From: Coniocarpon cinnabarinum | Lineage: Eukaryota | Assembly: GCA_051942205.1 (NCBI GenBank) | Contig: JAVECO010000008.1 | Coordinates: forward strand, 1 to 64,000 | Direction of reading: 5' to 3' | DNA: 64,000 bases | The notes under the pieces: generated by a model | Databases searched by the model: none | Seen by the model: only the letters and a program-made list of their open reading frames with translations | What the model was told of the DNA's origin: nothing | Shown here: positions 37,404 through 50,278 of the stretch, piece after piece | Numbering within the stretch: the stretch's first letter is position 1 | How the letters are laid out: every line of letters starts with the position of its first letter | Position numbers and translations under genes: made by a program

Positions 37404-38621
37404 CAGTCATCATTGCTACCTTAGCTTGAACAATCCATGAGCGCGATTCGCAGCAAGTACTCCAATCTCTATTAAATACTCACATGTTCATACGCAGTAA
37501 ATAACCCCTGCATGACAGCTTAGGATGCAGCTTAATCGTCGGTAACCTGTTCAGCTTTAGGATACAAGGCACCATGCCAGCATTAACCCGAGGATCCGCA
37601 TGGAATAGTGAATACAGTGAGTAAAAATGCGTAATTCAGGGTTTGACTACCTATTGCGCCCATCCAAGCACTTTTCAGCAGCTTCGAGAATGAGCGAATA
37701 GAAAGAGGACGGCCAAAGAACCCCCGGCAGATGGCTGACTGCATACCGTCTCGCTTGACGACTGGTGAACAGCTCATAGAGACTAACACATTCCGGGGCA
37801 CAGCTTCCCCGATCTAGCCAAAAGACGAGTGAAAAACAGTGTGCCATTTTGTTTTCTAGTAGGAACATGCTGGTCCATTAGCTGCAGCTAGCAGCGTATG
37901 ACTGCTCGACGCGAACATCAAGCGCATCGTTGCTGCACTCATTCGACAACATGAGCCGAGCGTCTCACTCGGTAGCAAGGAACAAGATTGTCTACTTTTT
38001 AGCCATTGCATACCTAGGTATGCTAATGAGTTTAATAGATGATCTGTCCTCTCGTCCACCCGAAGGGCACTGGGTCACGTGGACTTACTAGTCGCGTCAT
38101 CATTATTCCGAGATATTGGCCAAGACTTTCGGCAGTGACCGAAGTGCAACGTCCATCACCAATCACACTCAATATTTGCTTTCTCGCGTGTGAAAACGAC
38201 CAAATACGCACGTATGGCCTGGGAGCCTTCTTCCAGCACTGACATCAATAGTAACTGCATGCGGCGTCAGCCGTCGTAATTTTCCTTGCAAAGCATGGCC
38301 ATTCATGCGGAAGGTCTGGCATCCCAGTCTCCACCCTTGCGCAAAACCGGCTTGTTGATCCGTTGCAGTAAATGGGCCAGGGCCTTCGGAATGAAGCGCT
38401 CGACAATCCTGTCCCCAGTTTGCTAGGTGCTAATTGTTGCTGCGTCATCTTTCGCCCATGTTTTGAAACCTGACTACTGCATGTTAACTCTCCTATCCCC
38501 ACAGTAGCAGTTCTCCCTGCCTCCTGTAGCATGACCATTGATTGTGTACACTACTAACAGAGCTTGAGAGGGCCAAAACCTCAACGCGCTGTAGGGATTG
38601 AGCATCGCATTCTTACAGATC

Positions 38622-40287
38622 ATGGCCCATCAAGGTGACTTCAAGCAAGAATCAGAGCATCTTGAGAGGTCATCACTCGAACAGATGTCGCTTGAAGCCC
38701 AGGAAACAAAAGCAACCTACATCGACAAAGACGAGGTTGCAAATCTATCCGCAGACCATCGCCAATATTTGCTGGACCGTCATGGCACATTGAATCTGGA
38801 CCCTCTGCCTGCCTTTGGCGATGCGGATCCCTATAACTGGCCGCAATGGAAGAAAGTCATCAACTTGATCCTCGTCTCATGGCATGCGTGTATGATGATC
38901 TTTAACAGTGCTTCAATCATCCCAGCATACGAGGCGATTGCTCAAGACCTTCACGTATCACTTCAGCGAACCACATATCTCACATCGCTTCAGATCGCTA
39001 TCACTGGAGGCGCGCCCATTCTCTTCTGGAGGCCTCTCTCCAGCCGCTATGGACGACGACCAATCTTCCTCGTCTCGCTGCTGTGCTCCATGGTATGCAA
39101 CATTGGCTGTGCAAAGAGCCCAAGTTACGCCAGTCTCGCTGCTTGTAGCGCCTTGGTGGCGTTCTTCATCAGTCCAGCGGCTGGTATTGGAAGCGCCGTT
39201 GTGCGCGAAACTTTTTTCGCGCACCAGCGCGCGCGATACCTCGGTATTTGGGCAATCATGGTCACGCTCGGCGCCCCGACTGCGCCGTTTCTGATGGGCT
39301 TCGTGGCACAACGCCAGAGCTATCGATGGATCTACTGGATACTTGCTTGCGTGCGTGACGCTGATATCTAAAACTAACGTTCGTGCCAGTACTAATGTCT
39401 ATTGGTAGATCAACGCAGGGCATCTGCTCCTGTATATTTTCTTTGGCCCTGAAACACGCTACATTCGGACGGGAGTCCAACACGACAAGTCGAGCATAAA
39501 GGAAGAGTATTACAACTTCAGACGCATCGACCCAACGCCATTGAGAGTTTGGGATTTTATAAGTCCATTCAAATACGCATTCACTTTGACGGTCATGATT
39601 CCCGCTGCCGCATATGCAATGGTCTTCCTGTTGGCAGGTGTGATCATTACCATCGAAGTTCCGTCACTCTTTGCGGAAAAATTCCACTTTGGCCCACAGA
39701 AGATTGGGCTCCAATTCATAGGCGTCATCATTGGCACCATCCTGGGCGAGCAGATTGGCGGTCATTTATCAGACTACTGGATGAACTCCAAGCGACGTCA
39801 AGTTGGATCTAGCAATGTCCCTGCTGAATACAGACTCTGGCTTAGCTACCCCGGAACTCTGCTGGCACTTTGCGGCGTTGTTGTGTTTCTGGTTCAGAAC
39901 GCACGTCTACCGCCCGGTCACTACAACGTGACGCCTATCGTTGGTGCAGCTATAGCGGCTGGCGGCAACCAAATCGTCACTACGGTGATGATCACATACG
40001 CGGTAGACATGCACCCGGACGATGCATCGGGTGTTGGGGCTTTCATTACTTTCGTTCGACAGATATGGGGCTTCATTGGGCCGTTTTGGTGCGTCTTGAG
40101 CATTGTATATCTCCTCACAACCCTCATTACTGACCTAAAATATAGGTTCCCTAACATGGTTGAAGACATTGGCCTCCGAGACAGTGCTGCCGTGTGCGCT
40201 GTTCTTATCATTGCGGTGAGCTTGTTGCCAACTATTCTGTTACAGTTTCGACCACAAGCCTGGCGCAAGTCCAGCCCTCGCACTTGA
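38622..40287 (+). CDS. MFS transporter (DHA1-like), 3 exons (38622-39350, 39409-40088, 40146-40287)
   Basis: DPYNWPQWKK, FWRPLSSRYGRRPIFL, ETFFAHQRARYLGIW, FFGPETRY, GGHLSDYW, PAEYRLWL; multiple TM segments. Confidence 0.92.
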
Positions 40288-40906
40288 TTCGGCAGTTTCC
40301 TGCTGCGGGAACAACTTTTCTTGGCTCACGATAGGTGCATGGAAGACAAATGCTACGATGACTTCATATAATTATCTGGAAGGACTGCGTTTAATTGCTC
40401 GGAATGAGCCTCCTACTCACGTCAGACCGTCCCCCAGCTCAAGACCACGCACGTATCGTGACCCTGTCCAATATTTCGGCCGCGCACGCTATCTCGGCTT
40501 CTGTAACCGGCATTATTTCCCGGCTACTTCACTACAGCCACAGAAGGAAGCTGCTCAAACTTAACCCCGGCTTTGCTAACCTGGAGCAAGAGCACTCTAC
40601 CTACGTCAATGCTTGCGCTCGGCATGGCCTCAACAAGCTGTTTGGGTCCGTCGGTAAGCCCAAACCAAGCATGCCGCATATATTGGTTGTTCTTGCGATG
40701 CAGTAGAGATATAAGAATAGCAGAACATGTACCGATCGCCTCTCACCTCTTTCTCTCGTGCTTATCTTCATGTGTGCAGCGAAATTTGCTCATCATTAAT
40801 TTGAAGACTGCATCGCTCCCGCCTGAAGTAATTGAAACTACACTTATGTTGTTCCCAAAACCACTGGCGAAGATCTGCAGAGGCTGAATGCAGAGCCGTG
40901 CCAATC

Positions 40907-42409
40907 ATGTCGATCATTGACAAGGATACTGCAAGAGACAATGATCAATCGTCTAGACCACAGGAGAACGTACGGACCATGAAAATATGCATCATTGGTG
41001 CTGGTGAGTCAGTTGGTGGCTTGTTATACTGGCGGTCCGGACTGACTTGGGAAGGTATGGGTGGGTTGACATCCGCATTGGCTTTAGCAAAACGTGGCTT
41101 CAAGGACATCGAAGTCTATGAATACGCTCCTGACCTAGGTTTTGTCGGAGCTGGCATTCAACTGGCACCTAACCTCGCGCGGATACTGGATAGACTTGGG
41201 GTGTGGGAAGACATCGTGCGAGAATCTGTGGTTATCAACGAGACAAGTGTACTTGGTGGGGTCCGCCTAACCATGGTCTTGATGCTAGACTGACCACGAC
41301 GCTTAGAGGGTCATGACAATCGTGAGTTAGGCCATCAGCGCATGGAAGGTCTACGTGAGCAATACGGATACAACCATGTCGTTGGCCACCGCTCTACACT
41401 CGCACACGCTATTTATCAAGGTTGCCTCCGAGAGCCCTCATCTATCAAATTTCATTTCGATACAGCTGTGGAGTCTGTGAAGTCTTTCGGTCCATCTCCA
41501 AAGCCGTCATTTGTTGCGAGAAGGCGGGGCTCGAAAGACCCTACTTATACAGTATCATGCGACATCCTCCTAGCAGGCGATGGTATCAAGTCGGTCACAC
41601 GAGTAGCTATGCTCGACGCGTTAGGAGCAACTGCGAACGTGATTGATACGGGAGCCGCGGCATATCGCATCATGATCACAAGGGAGCAAATGGCCAGTGA
41701 TCCTGAGTTGCTGGCGTTACTCGACAGTAACAAGGTGAGCCGCTGGGTGGGCGAGAGACGACACATCATCGCATATCCGGTGTCATCACATCAAATATAC
41801 AATCTGAGCAGTTCGCAACCAGATGTGAACTTCGCAGACGCGCCCTCAGCAATGTATACGACGCGAGGATCAAAAAGCGCCATGCTGGACGTGTACAAGG
41901 ACTTTTGCCCGTTGGTGCAGAAGATGTTGCGATTGGTCCCTGAAGGCGAAGTCTGTGAATGGAAGCTTCGTGTACACTCGCCGCTGCCAACTTGGGTACA
42001 TGGCAGTACCGCGCTAATTGGTGATGCGTGTCATCCAACCTTACCGCACTTGAACCAGGGCGCTGCACAAGCCATCGAGGACGCCGCAGTGCTGGCTGTC
42101 GTGCTGGGCTTTCTCGAGGACACTCGGCCAGAGAGCATCAACCGTGTGCTAAAGTCATATGAGAGTGTACGCCGGGAACGAGCGGACACACTGGTGGCCA
42201 TGGCGGCAGCGAATGGACGTGCGATGCAGCTGGGCGAAGGCAAGGCCAAGGAGGAGCGAGACCGACAGTTCCAGCTAGCAAAGGAGGGCAAGGCAGCACA
42301 TCCTGATCGATGGGCTGACAAGGAAGTGCAGAGAATGATCTTCGGTCATGACTGTGCAAAGGTCGCAGAGGACTTGATGCTTGGTAGTCGGCTTAGATCA
42401 AGTCTGTAA
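40907..42409 (+). CDS. FAD-dependent monooxygenase (salicylate-hydroxylase-like), 3 exons (40907-41003, 41055-41255, 41307-42409)
   Basis: IIGAG|MGGLTSALAL (GxGxxG restored by splicing), VGAGIQLAPN, LLAGDGIKS, LIGDACHPTLPHLNQGAAQAIED. Confidence 0.92.
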
Positions 42410-42593
42410 TGGATGCAGGTAGGCACAAGCGGAAGCACAATGAGGACAGGCCAATGACGCGTGCCACGTTCTTTTTCTTGGGACACTCTCAGCTCTACAT
42501 GCAGTCCCGCGTAGCTCACTTTCACATGCGTGCGCCTATTCGCTCAATCTACATTCCTCAGGCATTCACATTGCATTGTTTGAGCAACCCAGC

Positions 42594-43422
42594 ATGGCAG
42601 ACGCAAGCGCCCCGGACGGCGCCGAGCTTGCCAACTCTCCGAATGCAGATATTGATGAAGAAGTCAACGACTCCATTAAGCAGGAGCCGGACGTTGCTTC
42701 AAGTGAAACTCAAGGCAGAGCGGATGACAACATGAATCTCGACGGAAGCGCAGACCAGCTGCCCGCAAGCCTGCAGGCCGACAATGCGACTTCTGCCGAA
42801 GAAGTGGAAGCGCGAATCCCGCAGAAGAAAGACGCCACCCTGAAAGAATTCATGGGGAAGATGGACGACTATGCGCCAATTGTATGATTGTGGCTTGCCT
42901 GTCAAACGGCTAATTTCCTACGAGGGCGCAGCCTTCTTTGTCTTCTGCGTCACCACTGACTGATTGCAGATTCCGGATGCAGTCACAAACCATTACCTCA
43001 CCCTCGCTGGGTTGCCACCGCCTCCTCAAACGCCGCCGCATTTGGCGCGACTCCTCGCTCTTGCCACGCAAAAGTTCATCGCAGATATTGCTGCGGACTC
43101 GTATCAATACGCTCGCATTCGATCGTCACATACGACCTCGAACACAGCCAACGCAATGATGGGCGCGAATCTGGGGCTACCAGGTCAAGCGCCAGGAGCT
43201 GGCGGTGTTCCCGGCGCTGCAGGCGGCGCAGGCGGCGTCGATGCAAAAGCAGGTGGTGGGCCAGGCGGCAAGAACAATCCGGCGCTTGGTACACAGCGAC
43301 CGGGTTTCGGGGGAGGTGGACAAGGTGGACAACAGGGACGGACTGTCTTGACGATGGAAGACCTCGGCATGGTGGTCGGCGAGTACGGCGTGAACATCAA
43401 AAGAGGAGACTTCTACCGCTGA
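42594..43422 (+). CDS. TAF10: TFIID/SAGA subunit Taf10, 2 exons (42594-42881, 42970-43422)
   Basis: [24 protein letters not shown]...[27 protein letters not shown]...[25 protein letters not shown]. Confidence 0.96.
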
Positions 43423-44063
43423 ACAAGCTATCACATTACGATCGCCATTGACACAAAAGGCAGCATTAAAGACTGCGAGCACGCATGCACCAGAAAATGG
43501 ATGTATCGCATCAGTTGCTCAGACGCCCAAAAGCAGGATCAGAAGTCAGCGACGTTGGATCCACTGCTAGTCAAGACATAGCAATGATCGATGAAATACT
43601 GAACTAATTACGTGGAAGAACGAGGAGGAAGCGAAGAAGTTCTACCGAGATACAGTCAAGCCATGAAGTCACATTGAGAGCTCTCAAGCGTCTTGAAAAG
43701 AACTCGGCTGGCTATAAGCGATCATGTAGATGTGTATCGATGCGTACATTGTCTGGACTCGACAACGGTCTAAATTGGAAGTTCAAGAACGAGTTGCGGA
43801 GGATTGAATGTAAGCGGAATAGCAACGCCCGGATTGGCATACGCAACTATAGCGCGAGCTTACATTGGAATGCGATTGTGTTTCGCATAGTCATTGCTTT
43901 GAGCGGCTTTTCTATCGTATTCAATGAGATTGAGCTCCTGTACTGCTTCATTGACCTCTCCCAGCGACCGGTGACGTCAGTGGCCAAGAAGTTTAATGAG
44001 ATTCGGAAGCACATGCACACGTTCTCGTCTAAGTCGATGTTGATATGATGCTTACAGGCGTTC

Positions 44064-45536
44064 ATGCTATTGAGCAGACGCTGCAGTTGCAAGGCAATCA
44101 AGGGTCAACAATGGGTCGTCGCTCGGAGTCTGGTGTCTGATCACTTCACCCTCGATGAATATCGCCACCGAGAAGTCCGACAAGCTCGGCTCGCCATATC
44201 CGCAGACGACGGCGATGTGCAACCTCCTCGCAATGATCTTGTGCGCGGCTCGGTGAAGAGGAGCCAGCTTGATACATACAAGCGACTACGAATATCGCAG
44301 TCGGTTCACCCGCAGACCAGTAGCGACTTCAAGACAATCCATGTAGTCGACGCTGGTCCCGAGAGACTCGCCGAAAATGCGCCGGATGCAAACACTTCAC
44401 AGCCTTTAGTGAAAAAGGCGAGGTTAAAGAAGGGCGTCGAGCTATCATCTAACAGGCAGCACCGTGATGGAAAAAGAGAACGCGCGCAAGCGAAGTGGAT
44501 CAACGTAAGGAATCAGCAGCATGGGACAGTGCGACATACGAGACAGTCAACCATCTTACAAGACTGGCAAAGCGCTTCAACAGCTGAAACAAAAGTAGGG
44601 ACACCTTTAATCTACTACACGGAATCTCGCACGCACGAAGCTGATTTTCCTTTGGTAAAACGGATCAGAACTGGTGCTGGAATCAATCCGGACGAGAGTC
44701 TAAGGTCCCTCGTGCGTCCCTCCATTCAGCCATCGCAAAGAGATACTGCGCAACTCTTGCATTGGCGTGATCGTATCAGGGCTTCGCGCGAAGATGACAA
44801 TATGGATGATCCTCGCGCGTTAGGTGTTAAGTGGACGCCTTCAACAGCAAGTGATGAAGCTGCAGTAGTTCATGCCGACTCTGAACCCCATGCAAAGAGT
44901 AAGAAGATGCCAGTAAGGCGCGTGGCCCTTTCCAGGCCTTACCAGCGTCATCTTGTAACATCGCCTAAGGATCGAAAGTATTTGTCATCGATTGGACCAA
45001 AGCTTGACGCGAGGATGAAGCATTTGGACTGGTTAATACATGGCGATGCCGAGTCTTCTGAAACGTTCCTCCCAACACGAAAGCCAGCAATAACTCGTGC
45101 CAGCAGCGCAAACACCCCTGATGCCGAGCACACAGAACTCGACATTGCAGGAATGCTTGGCGAGCTTGACGATAACCTCAAGTCTACTCAGAGAAAGCCA
45201 ACGAAGGCTTTCGGGCTTATGCCGTATCAAAGTTCGCGCGCATCTCAAACTCCTGCAGCTCAAAGTCGACGCTTTGCTACCAAGGCAGAAGCTAAAGATC
45301 AGCCTCAAGAGCGGAAGCAAGCTCCAGGGATTGATGCAGAAGCTCCACCTGCAGAGAAAAGAGATCAGAAAGAAGGCGAGAAGTCAAAGAAGACCATCGC
45401 TGAGATCGATCGTGAGCTCATGGAAAAAATGGCTGGTCGCGTGGGCGACGGTGGTGAAGCTGGCGTGGAGTACGAGGATGGTCAACCAACCGCAATGAAG
45501 CGTGGCGTCAGAGAAAACATGTTTCGCTATATTTAG
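44064..45536 (+). CDS. Hypothetical, possibly mitochondrial protein with a conserved-looking C-terminal motif; true start uncertain (44064 or 45219)
   Basis: 490-aa open frame. C-terminal KTIAEIDRELMEKMAGRVGDGGEAGVEYEDGQPTAMKRGVRENMFRYI resembles a small uncharacterised Pezizomycotina family (recall). Confidence 0.65.
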   Translation: MLLSRRCSCKAIKGQQWVVARSLVSDHFTLDEYRHREVRQARLAISADDGDVQPPRNDLVRGSVKRSQLDTYKRLRISQSVHPQTSSDFKTIHVVDAGPERLAENAPDANTSQPLVKKARLKKGVELSSNRQHRDGKRERAQAKWINVRNQQHGTVRHTRQSTILQDWQSASTAETKVGTPLIYYTESRTHEADFPLVKRIRTGAGINPDESLRSLVRPSIQPSQRDTAQLLHWRDRIRASREDDNMDDPRALGVKWTPSTASDEAAVVHADSEPHAKSKKMPVRRVALSRPYQRHLVTSPKDRKYLSSIGPKLDARMKHLDWLIHGDAESSETFLPTRKPAITRASSANTPDAEHTELDIAGMLGELDDNLKSTQRKPTKAFGLMPYQSSRASQTPAAQSRRFATKAEAKDQPQERKQAPGIDAEAPPAEKRDQKEGEKSKKTIAEIDRELMEKMAGRVGDGGEAGVEYEDGQPTAMKRGVRENMFRYI

Positions 45537-45918
45537 TGACCTGGCAGGGCCATTGCTGAGCTGCTCTGACCGACCTCGATCAGCCTCGCTACAGTACCAT
45601 TGCCTATCTTAAAAACGACCCGAATTCATGCCAGGGCGAGGGACGTAATTACAAACAGATTTCAACGATGCACACGGTCTAATTCTCTGCTGGTATTTGT
45701 CTGGTTCTCGCCAGAAACGGCGATTGCAGCGAGATATGAAAGTCTTCCGAATGCAGAACAACAATACGAATATTCTCTTTCTTTGCTGTCTGCTTGTGGT
45801 TGCGCCTGCACCACCACCAATCAGAACCCTCATACCAAAACATTTGATTTCAATGTGTATTTCACCGTTCTCTTTATAGACTGTAGGCTTTTTGAAATGT
45901 TATCAGTCTCGTAAAGGT

Positions 45919-47324
45919 ATGTCTCCAGCGACATCAGTCGCTCTGGATCGCGGGCGACGCTACGCGTCCTATTGGAGCACTGAAGAGAATAGCATCAAGA
46001 CTCTGCCACCGGGAAAATACGAAGCCCTTCGCACAGATCGGAGGAAAAACTACAAGGACATCGCTGTTGAGTTCGTTATTCCTACCTTTCGTTTCTCTGC
46101 TCCTTGTGATATTCCGCATTTCCTTCGCCACTTCTTCTCATCCACTTATTTGAACGCATTCGAATCTGACTCGCTGTAAGCTACTACGACCTCACGACCG
46201 ATAATATTCGCGTAGGCTGGAATGAGCGCTTCCATTTCTGTCCTTTTCCAGACCCCAGAGAGTCTATCGATGCAGCGCTCAAACGACATGAGCATTACCT
46301 TGCACTTGTTTTAGGCCTCAAGCCGGGCATGCGCGGCTTAGACGCTGGATGCGGCCTCGGCCCAGTCAGCAGGGAGCTTGCGCGTTTCGCAGGCGTGCAC
46401 ATTACCGGCATCAGCATCAACAGCGACCATGTTGAGCGTGCTACAAGAACCGCCAAGGAAGAGGGGTTGAAGGGTGTTGAATATATCGAGGGTGACTTTA
46501 TGGTGCGCTGTGATCTCCTCACGAAATGATTGACTTGCTAAATGCGGATTGTTTCCTAGGATCTCTCTCGCTTCCCTGACAACACGTTCGATTTTGCATA
46601 TGCCTGGTAAGCGATCCCGGCCCTCTGACTCCACCTTTCACAACAATCTGTCCCCTAACCTCCATCTCTTAGCGAAGCAACCGTCTACGCCCCTTCCCTT
46701 ACAGCCGTCTACACCGAGCTCACCCGCGTCCTCAAACCGGGCGCCCCGTTAGCAATCTACGAATGGCTCCTCCTCCCACCACCATACGGTTCCTTCAACC
46801 CAACAAACCCCTATCACCTAGATATCCGCCAACGACTCGAACGCGGCGACGGCATCACCAACATCGTCACCGTCCCCGAGGCACTCGCCGCCTTCTCAGC
46901 CGCCGGTCTCGAAATCTACAAGACCGAGGATCGCGGCCGGGTGAACCCCGATGGAACCGATATCGAGGGCAAGAAATGGTGGTACCATATTGATGGGGAT
47001 TTGAGTGGTGCGGCGACGTGGAGGGATTGGTGGATGGTGCTGTGGCTGAAGCCTTGGTTTTGGAGGGCGCAGTGCGGCCTTGCGTGGGTTCTGGAGGGGT
47101 TGAGGGTTATTGAACGGGGCCCGTATGAGGCGTTGAGGACGCAGAGTCAGGCTGTTTATGGGATGAGGGATGGGGCTGTGGAGGGGGTGTTTACTAATGT
47201 GAGTTTGTGGTGATATCGTGTGGCTTGATGGTGAACTGGTTGCTGACGTTAATAGATGTTTTTGATGGCGGGGAGGAAGCCGGTTACTGGGTGGAAGCCA
47301 CCCTTCGAGAAGAAGGATGTTTGA
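45919..47324 (+). CDS. Divergent sterol 24-C-methyltransferase (Erg6/SMT-like) paralog, 5 exons (45919-46070, 46181-46502, 46560-46606, 46673-47198, 47256-47324)
   Basis: YYDLTTDNIRVGWNERFHF, RHEHYLA, LDAGCGLGPVSRELARF, GDFM, FPDNTFDFAYACEATVYAPSL, RVLKPG..IYEW, FTNMFLMAGRKP; four GT-AG introns keep one frame. Confidence 0.88.
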
Positions 47325-47934
47325 TTCGTGTTGAATGGGCGGGATTGCAGGTTGAGCATGGCTCTGAAGAAGAAAGATATGGTAATACAGTGTGTGCGCG
47401 CTGAGCTGTCGAGGGTCGTCCAAGTAGGGCTTGCGTCTTAGTCAACGGCATGCATGTGGTAAATGGAGACATACAATCAGACAGCAAGGCACGTCGTTTC
47501 CGTCAGGTGCTTTCAGAATGTATGACGGGTGTCCGTTCCCTTGCAAGTCCATACATTCGGTGCCCTCTGCTCGTCACATGCCCCATAGTTGCGGTTCATA
47601 CTTGCATGTATGAAGCCGCTCGTACCATAATGCTCTTGACATGCCTTCGATGAGCGAAGAGGCCAACACAAAAAAGCCTTCAGATACTCCAAGCGTGCCT
47701 GACATCGAATGTCAAGCCATGCCGCCACAGCACCACCATCCCACCACCAAAAATGCCAATCCTCAAAACTGCTGCTATCACGTCAAGAATGGTACCGTCC
47801 CAACAGTCTTCTCACTTTCATCGTCCTCCCAAGCTGTCATGACCGTTGCCCAGAAAACAAACTCACCAGCCCCCTCACGAGTCAATACACCATCCAACCT
47901 CCCCATAACCTACCATCCCCAAAACAAAGCGCTG

Positions 47935-48850
47935 CATACTCGTTTCACCCGTAGGTTGCTCAGATTATCCAGACAAATCGAATGCCACCAAAAACAGCAA
48001 CATCCATCGAAATTCCAAAAATCACCCTCGTCCAAAGTATTAGCGACAGCGCCAAGCTCCCGAAGTTGGAGATAGGGGCATTTTTCAAAAATGCTCGAAT
48101 CACGCTCAGAGATAGTGCATTCGAATCAGTGAGACGCAGTGATTCGAAATATCTATTTCGTTTTTTAACACGATGGGGTTGAGGGGTAGTCATTTTTTGG
48201 GGTGGAGGGTTTGGGTGGGTTGTGTATGGTAGAACTATACCACCGTCTTCTACCTCTGAATGAAAGCGGCACACATTCGTTGTACCCGTAGATTACTCAG
48301 ATTTTTGCAACGAGTAGAATGACACTTGAATCAGCGTGATCGGATCAAAATTGAAAAATGATGTTCTTCCAATAATTCAGGAACAACGCGACGCTCTCAA
48401 CGTTGGAGATGAGGGCATTTTTGAAAAGTAGCTTGATTGGCTTCAAATTTGGTGCATTTGAATCAGTGCAACTCAGTGATTTGCATGGTATATTTGAATT
48501 CTGTATGCGATGGGTTTGAGCGGTGGTCGTTTTTGTGGTCGGAGGATTAGGGCCTACATGGGAAGCGAAGTATACAACCATCTACAGCAATCAGTCTTGC
48601 GCGCTCCAGCCTCGTTTCACTCGTAGATTACTCAGTGCTCGTCAAGCATTACGACGGTACCAAAATCAGCTAGGTTGAACCAAAAATGAAAAATGATCCT
48701 CGTCGAAAAAATTAGCGACGATGCGACGCTCTTGATGTTGGAGATGGGGGCATTTTTGAAAACTGGTCGGATTGGCTTCAAATTTGATGCGTTGGAATCA
48801 GTGAGATTCAGTGAGTTGAGTTATCTATTTTGTTTTTGGATCCGGTCAAT
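47935..48850. repeat. Three degenerate tandem copies of a non-coding unit of about 336 bp
   Basis: Anchor GTTGGAGAT..GGGCATTTTT.AAAA at 48065, 48402 and 48737; CGTAG(G/A)TT(G/A)CTCAG and GAATCAGTG...CAGTGA recur at the same spacing. Confidence 0.85.
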
Positions 48851-49308
48851 GTTGAGATTTGATGGTTTTGGGGTGAGGGTTGTATGGGTGACGCTAGGGA
48901 GGCGACGGAAGGGCAATTAGGAAGGCGCTACATGGGGGCGATTGGGTCGCTGGGATTTAGTGGTCGAAACCCTGAAACTGGGGGATGCGTGTGCTGGTCC
49001 AATGCACGCTTTACATCAGCTTGGGCATGAACAGCTTTTCTTGAAGACGGCGAGATAGAAAGACAATGTGCTGCCATGCAGGCTTCATCAGATGCTTTGA
49101 CCCTAGCACAGATCATCTCCACGCTGCGACCAAAGTCGCAGTGCTAGCTTCGAAGAGCATTCGTCAACAGTGCCGAAGCCTCTCAACGTGGAGCCTGGAA
49201 ATACCATATCTAAAAGGGTACTATGTACTGGCTTTGCGACCAAGCATCTAGCATCTATTGGGCAGTGTAGTTACCTATGATGGACCACCTCTGTCAGGTC
49301 TGCCGATC

Positions 49309-50278
49309 TCATTTCTGACCTACTCCTATCCAAGCCAAGTACTCAATGGATTTGCGCTCGGGCTCATCAACCGTCAGCCACCGCGTTCGGTCTTGATTCA
49401 GAATGCCCTGGACCACATCGTTCAGCCGACCCATTTCCTCCTCCGTCCAATGTCGAGACACCAACGTCCTCACGTTCGCCCTAGTCCGAGTCAGCTTGCT
49501 CGCGCCACGGGAGTGCTGCTTGCTCCAGAGGCAACTTACACGATGAAAGCCACCATCTCATCATCAGACTTCGTCTCATGATAGACTGAACACTCATGCA
49601 CTTGCACGTGCCGGAAACTCGCTGACTCCAGGACGCTTTTCAACTTGCCTTGAGCCATGAACTTGCCCATCAACATCAATTCCATGACGGATCTTTGCGG
49701 CTTGATGACGGCTTGCGCTTCAAACACCATGGCGAATACAGCGCCTCCCTTCCAACAGGTCGCTACGGCAAAGGCGTTTTTCTTTACGGTACGATGCATC
49801 TCTCGTGCTGCAGCTTCTGGCGGCAGAGTGTAAAAGATGCTGAAGTTTGCAATCTGGAGATCGAAGTGGCTATCAGGGAATTGCAAGTTGCAGCTGTCCA
49901 TCTCATGGACAGTGACTTGCGACTGCCAGCGGTTATGACTAATCATTTGCTGGGCAACTTCCAGCATGCGCGGAGATATGTCGATGGCTTCGACTTTTGC
50001 GTGCGGATGGTGTCGAAGTATCATCTCGGTTACTGCCACGATTATCAGTGTTTGAAACCACCAGAATGAACGAAGAATGCGTTCCCTCGACTGTGGGACG
50101 TACCGCTCCCTGTTCCGCACGCATTGTCACAAACCACGGCTTTCTCGGGTACCTCGACGTAGCGAAAGATGTGTTCCGCAACCGCACGCGAGATTGGCGT
50201 GACACGCTGGTCATACGTTGGCGCGGACTTGTCAAAGGCACTTGCAATATCAGCTGTTGTAAACGTAGGTGAAGCCAT
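49309..50278 (-). CDS. Class I SAM-dependent methyltransferase (UbiE/Methyltransf_25-like), 3 exons (50278-50104, 50032-49540, 49480-49309)
   Basis: VCDNACGTGS|VTEMIL, VEAIDISPRML, MDSCNLQFPDSHFD, AAREMHRTVK; both introns have canonical signals and keep the frame to ...WIGVGQK*. Confidence 0.88.
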
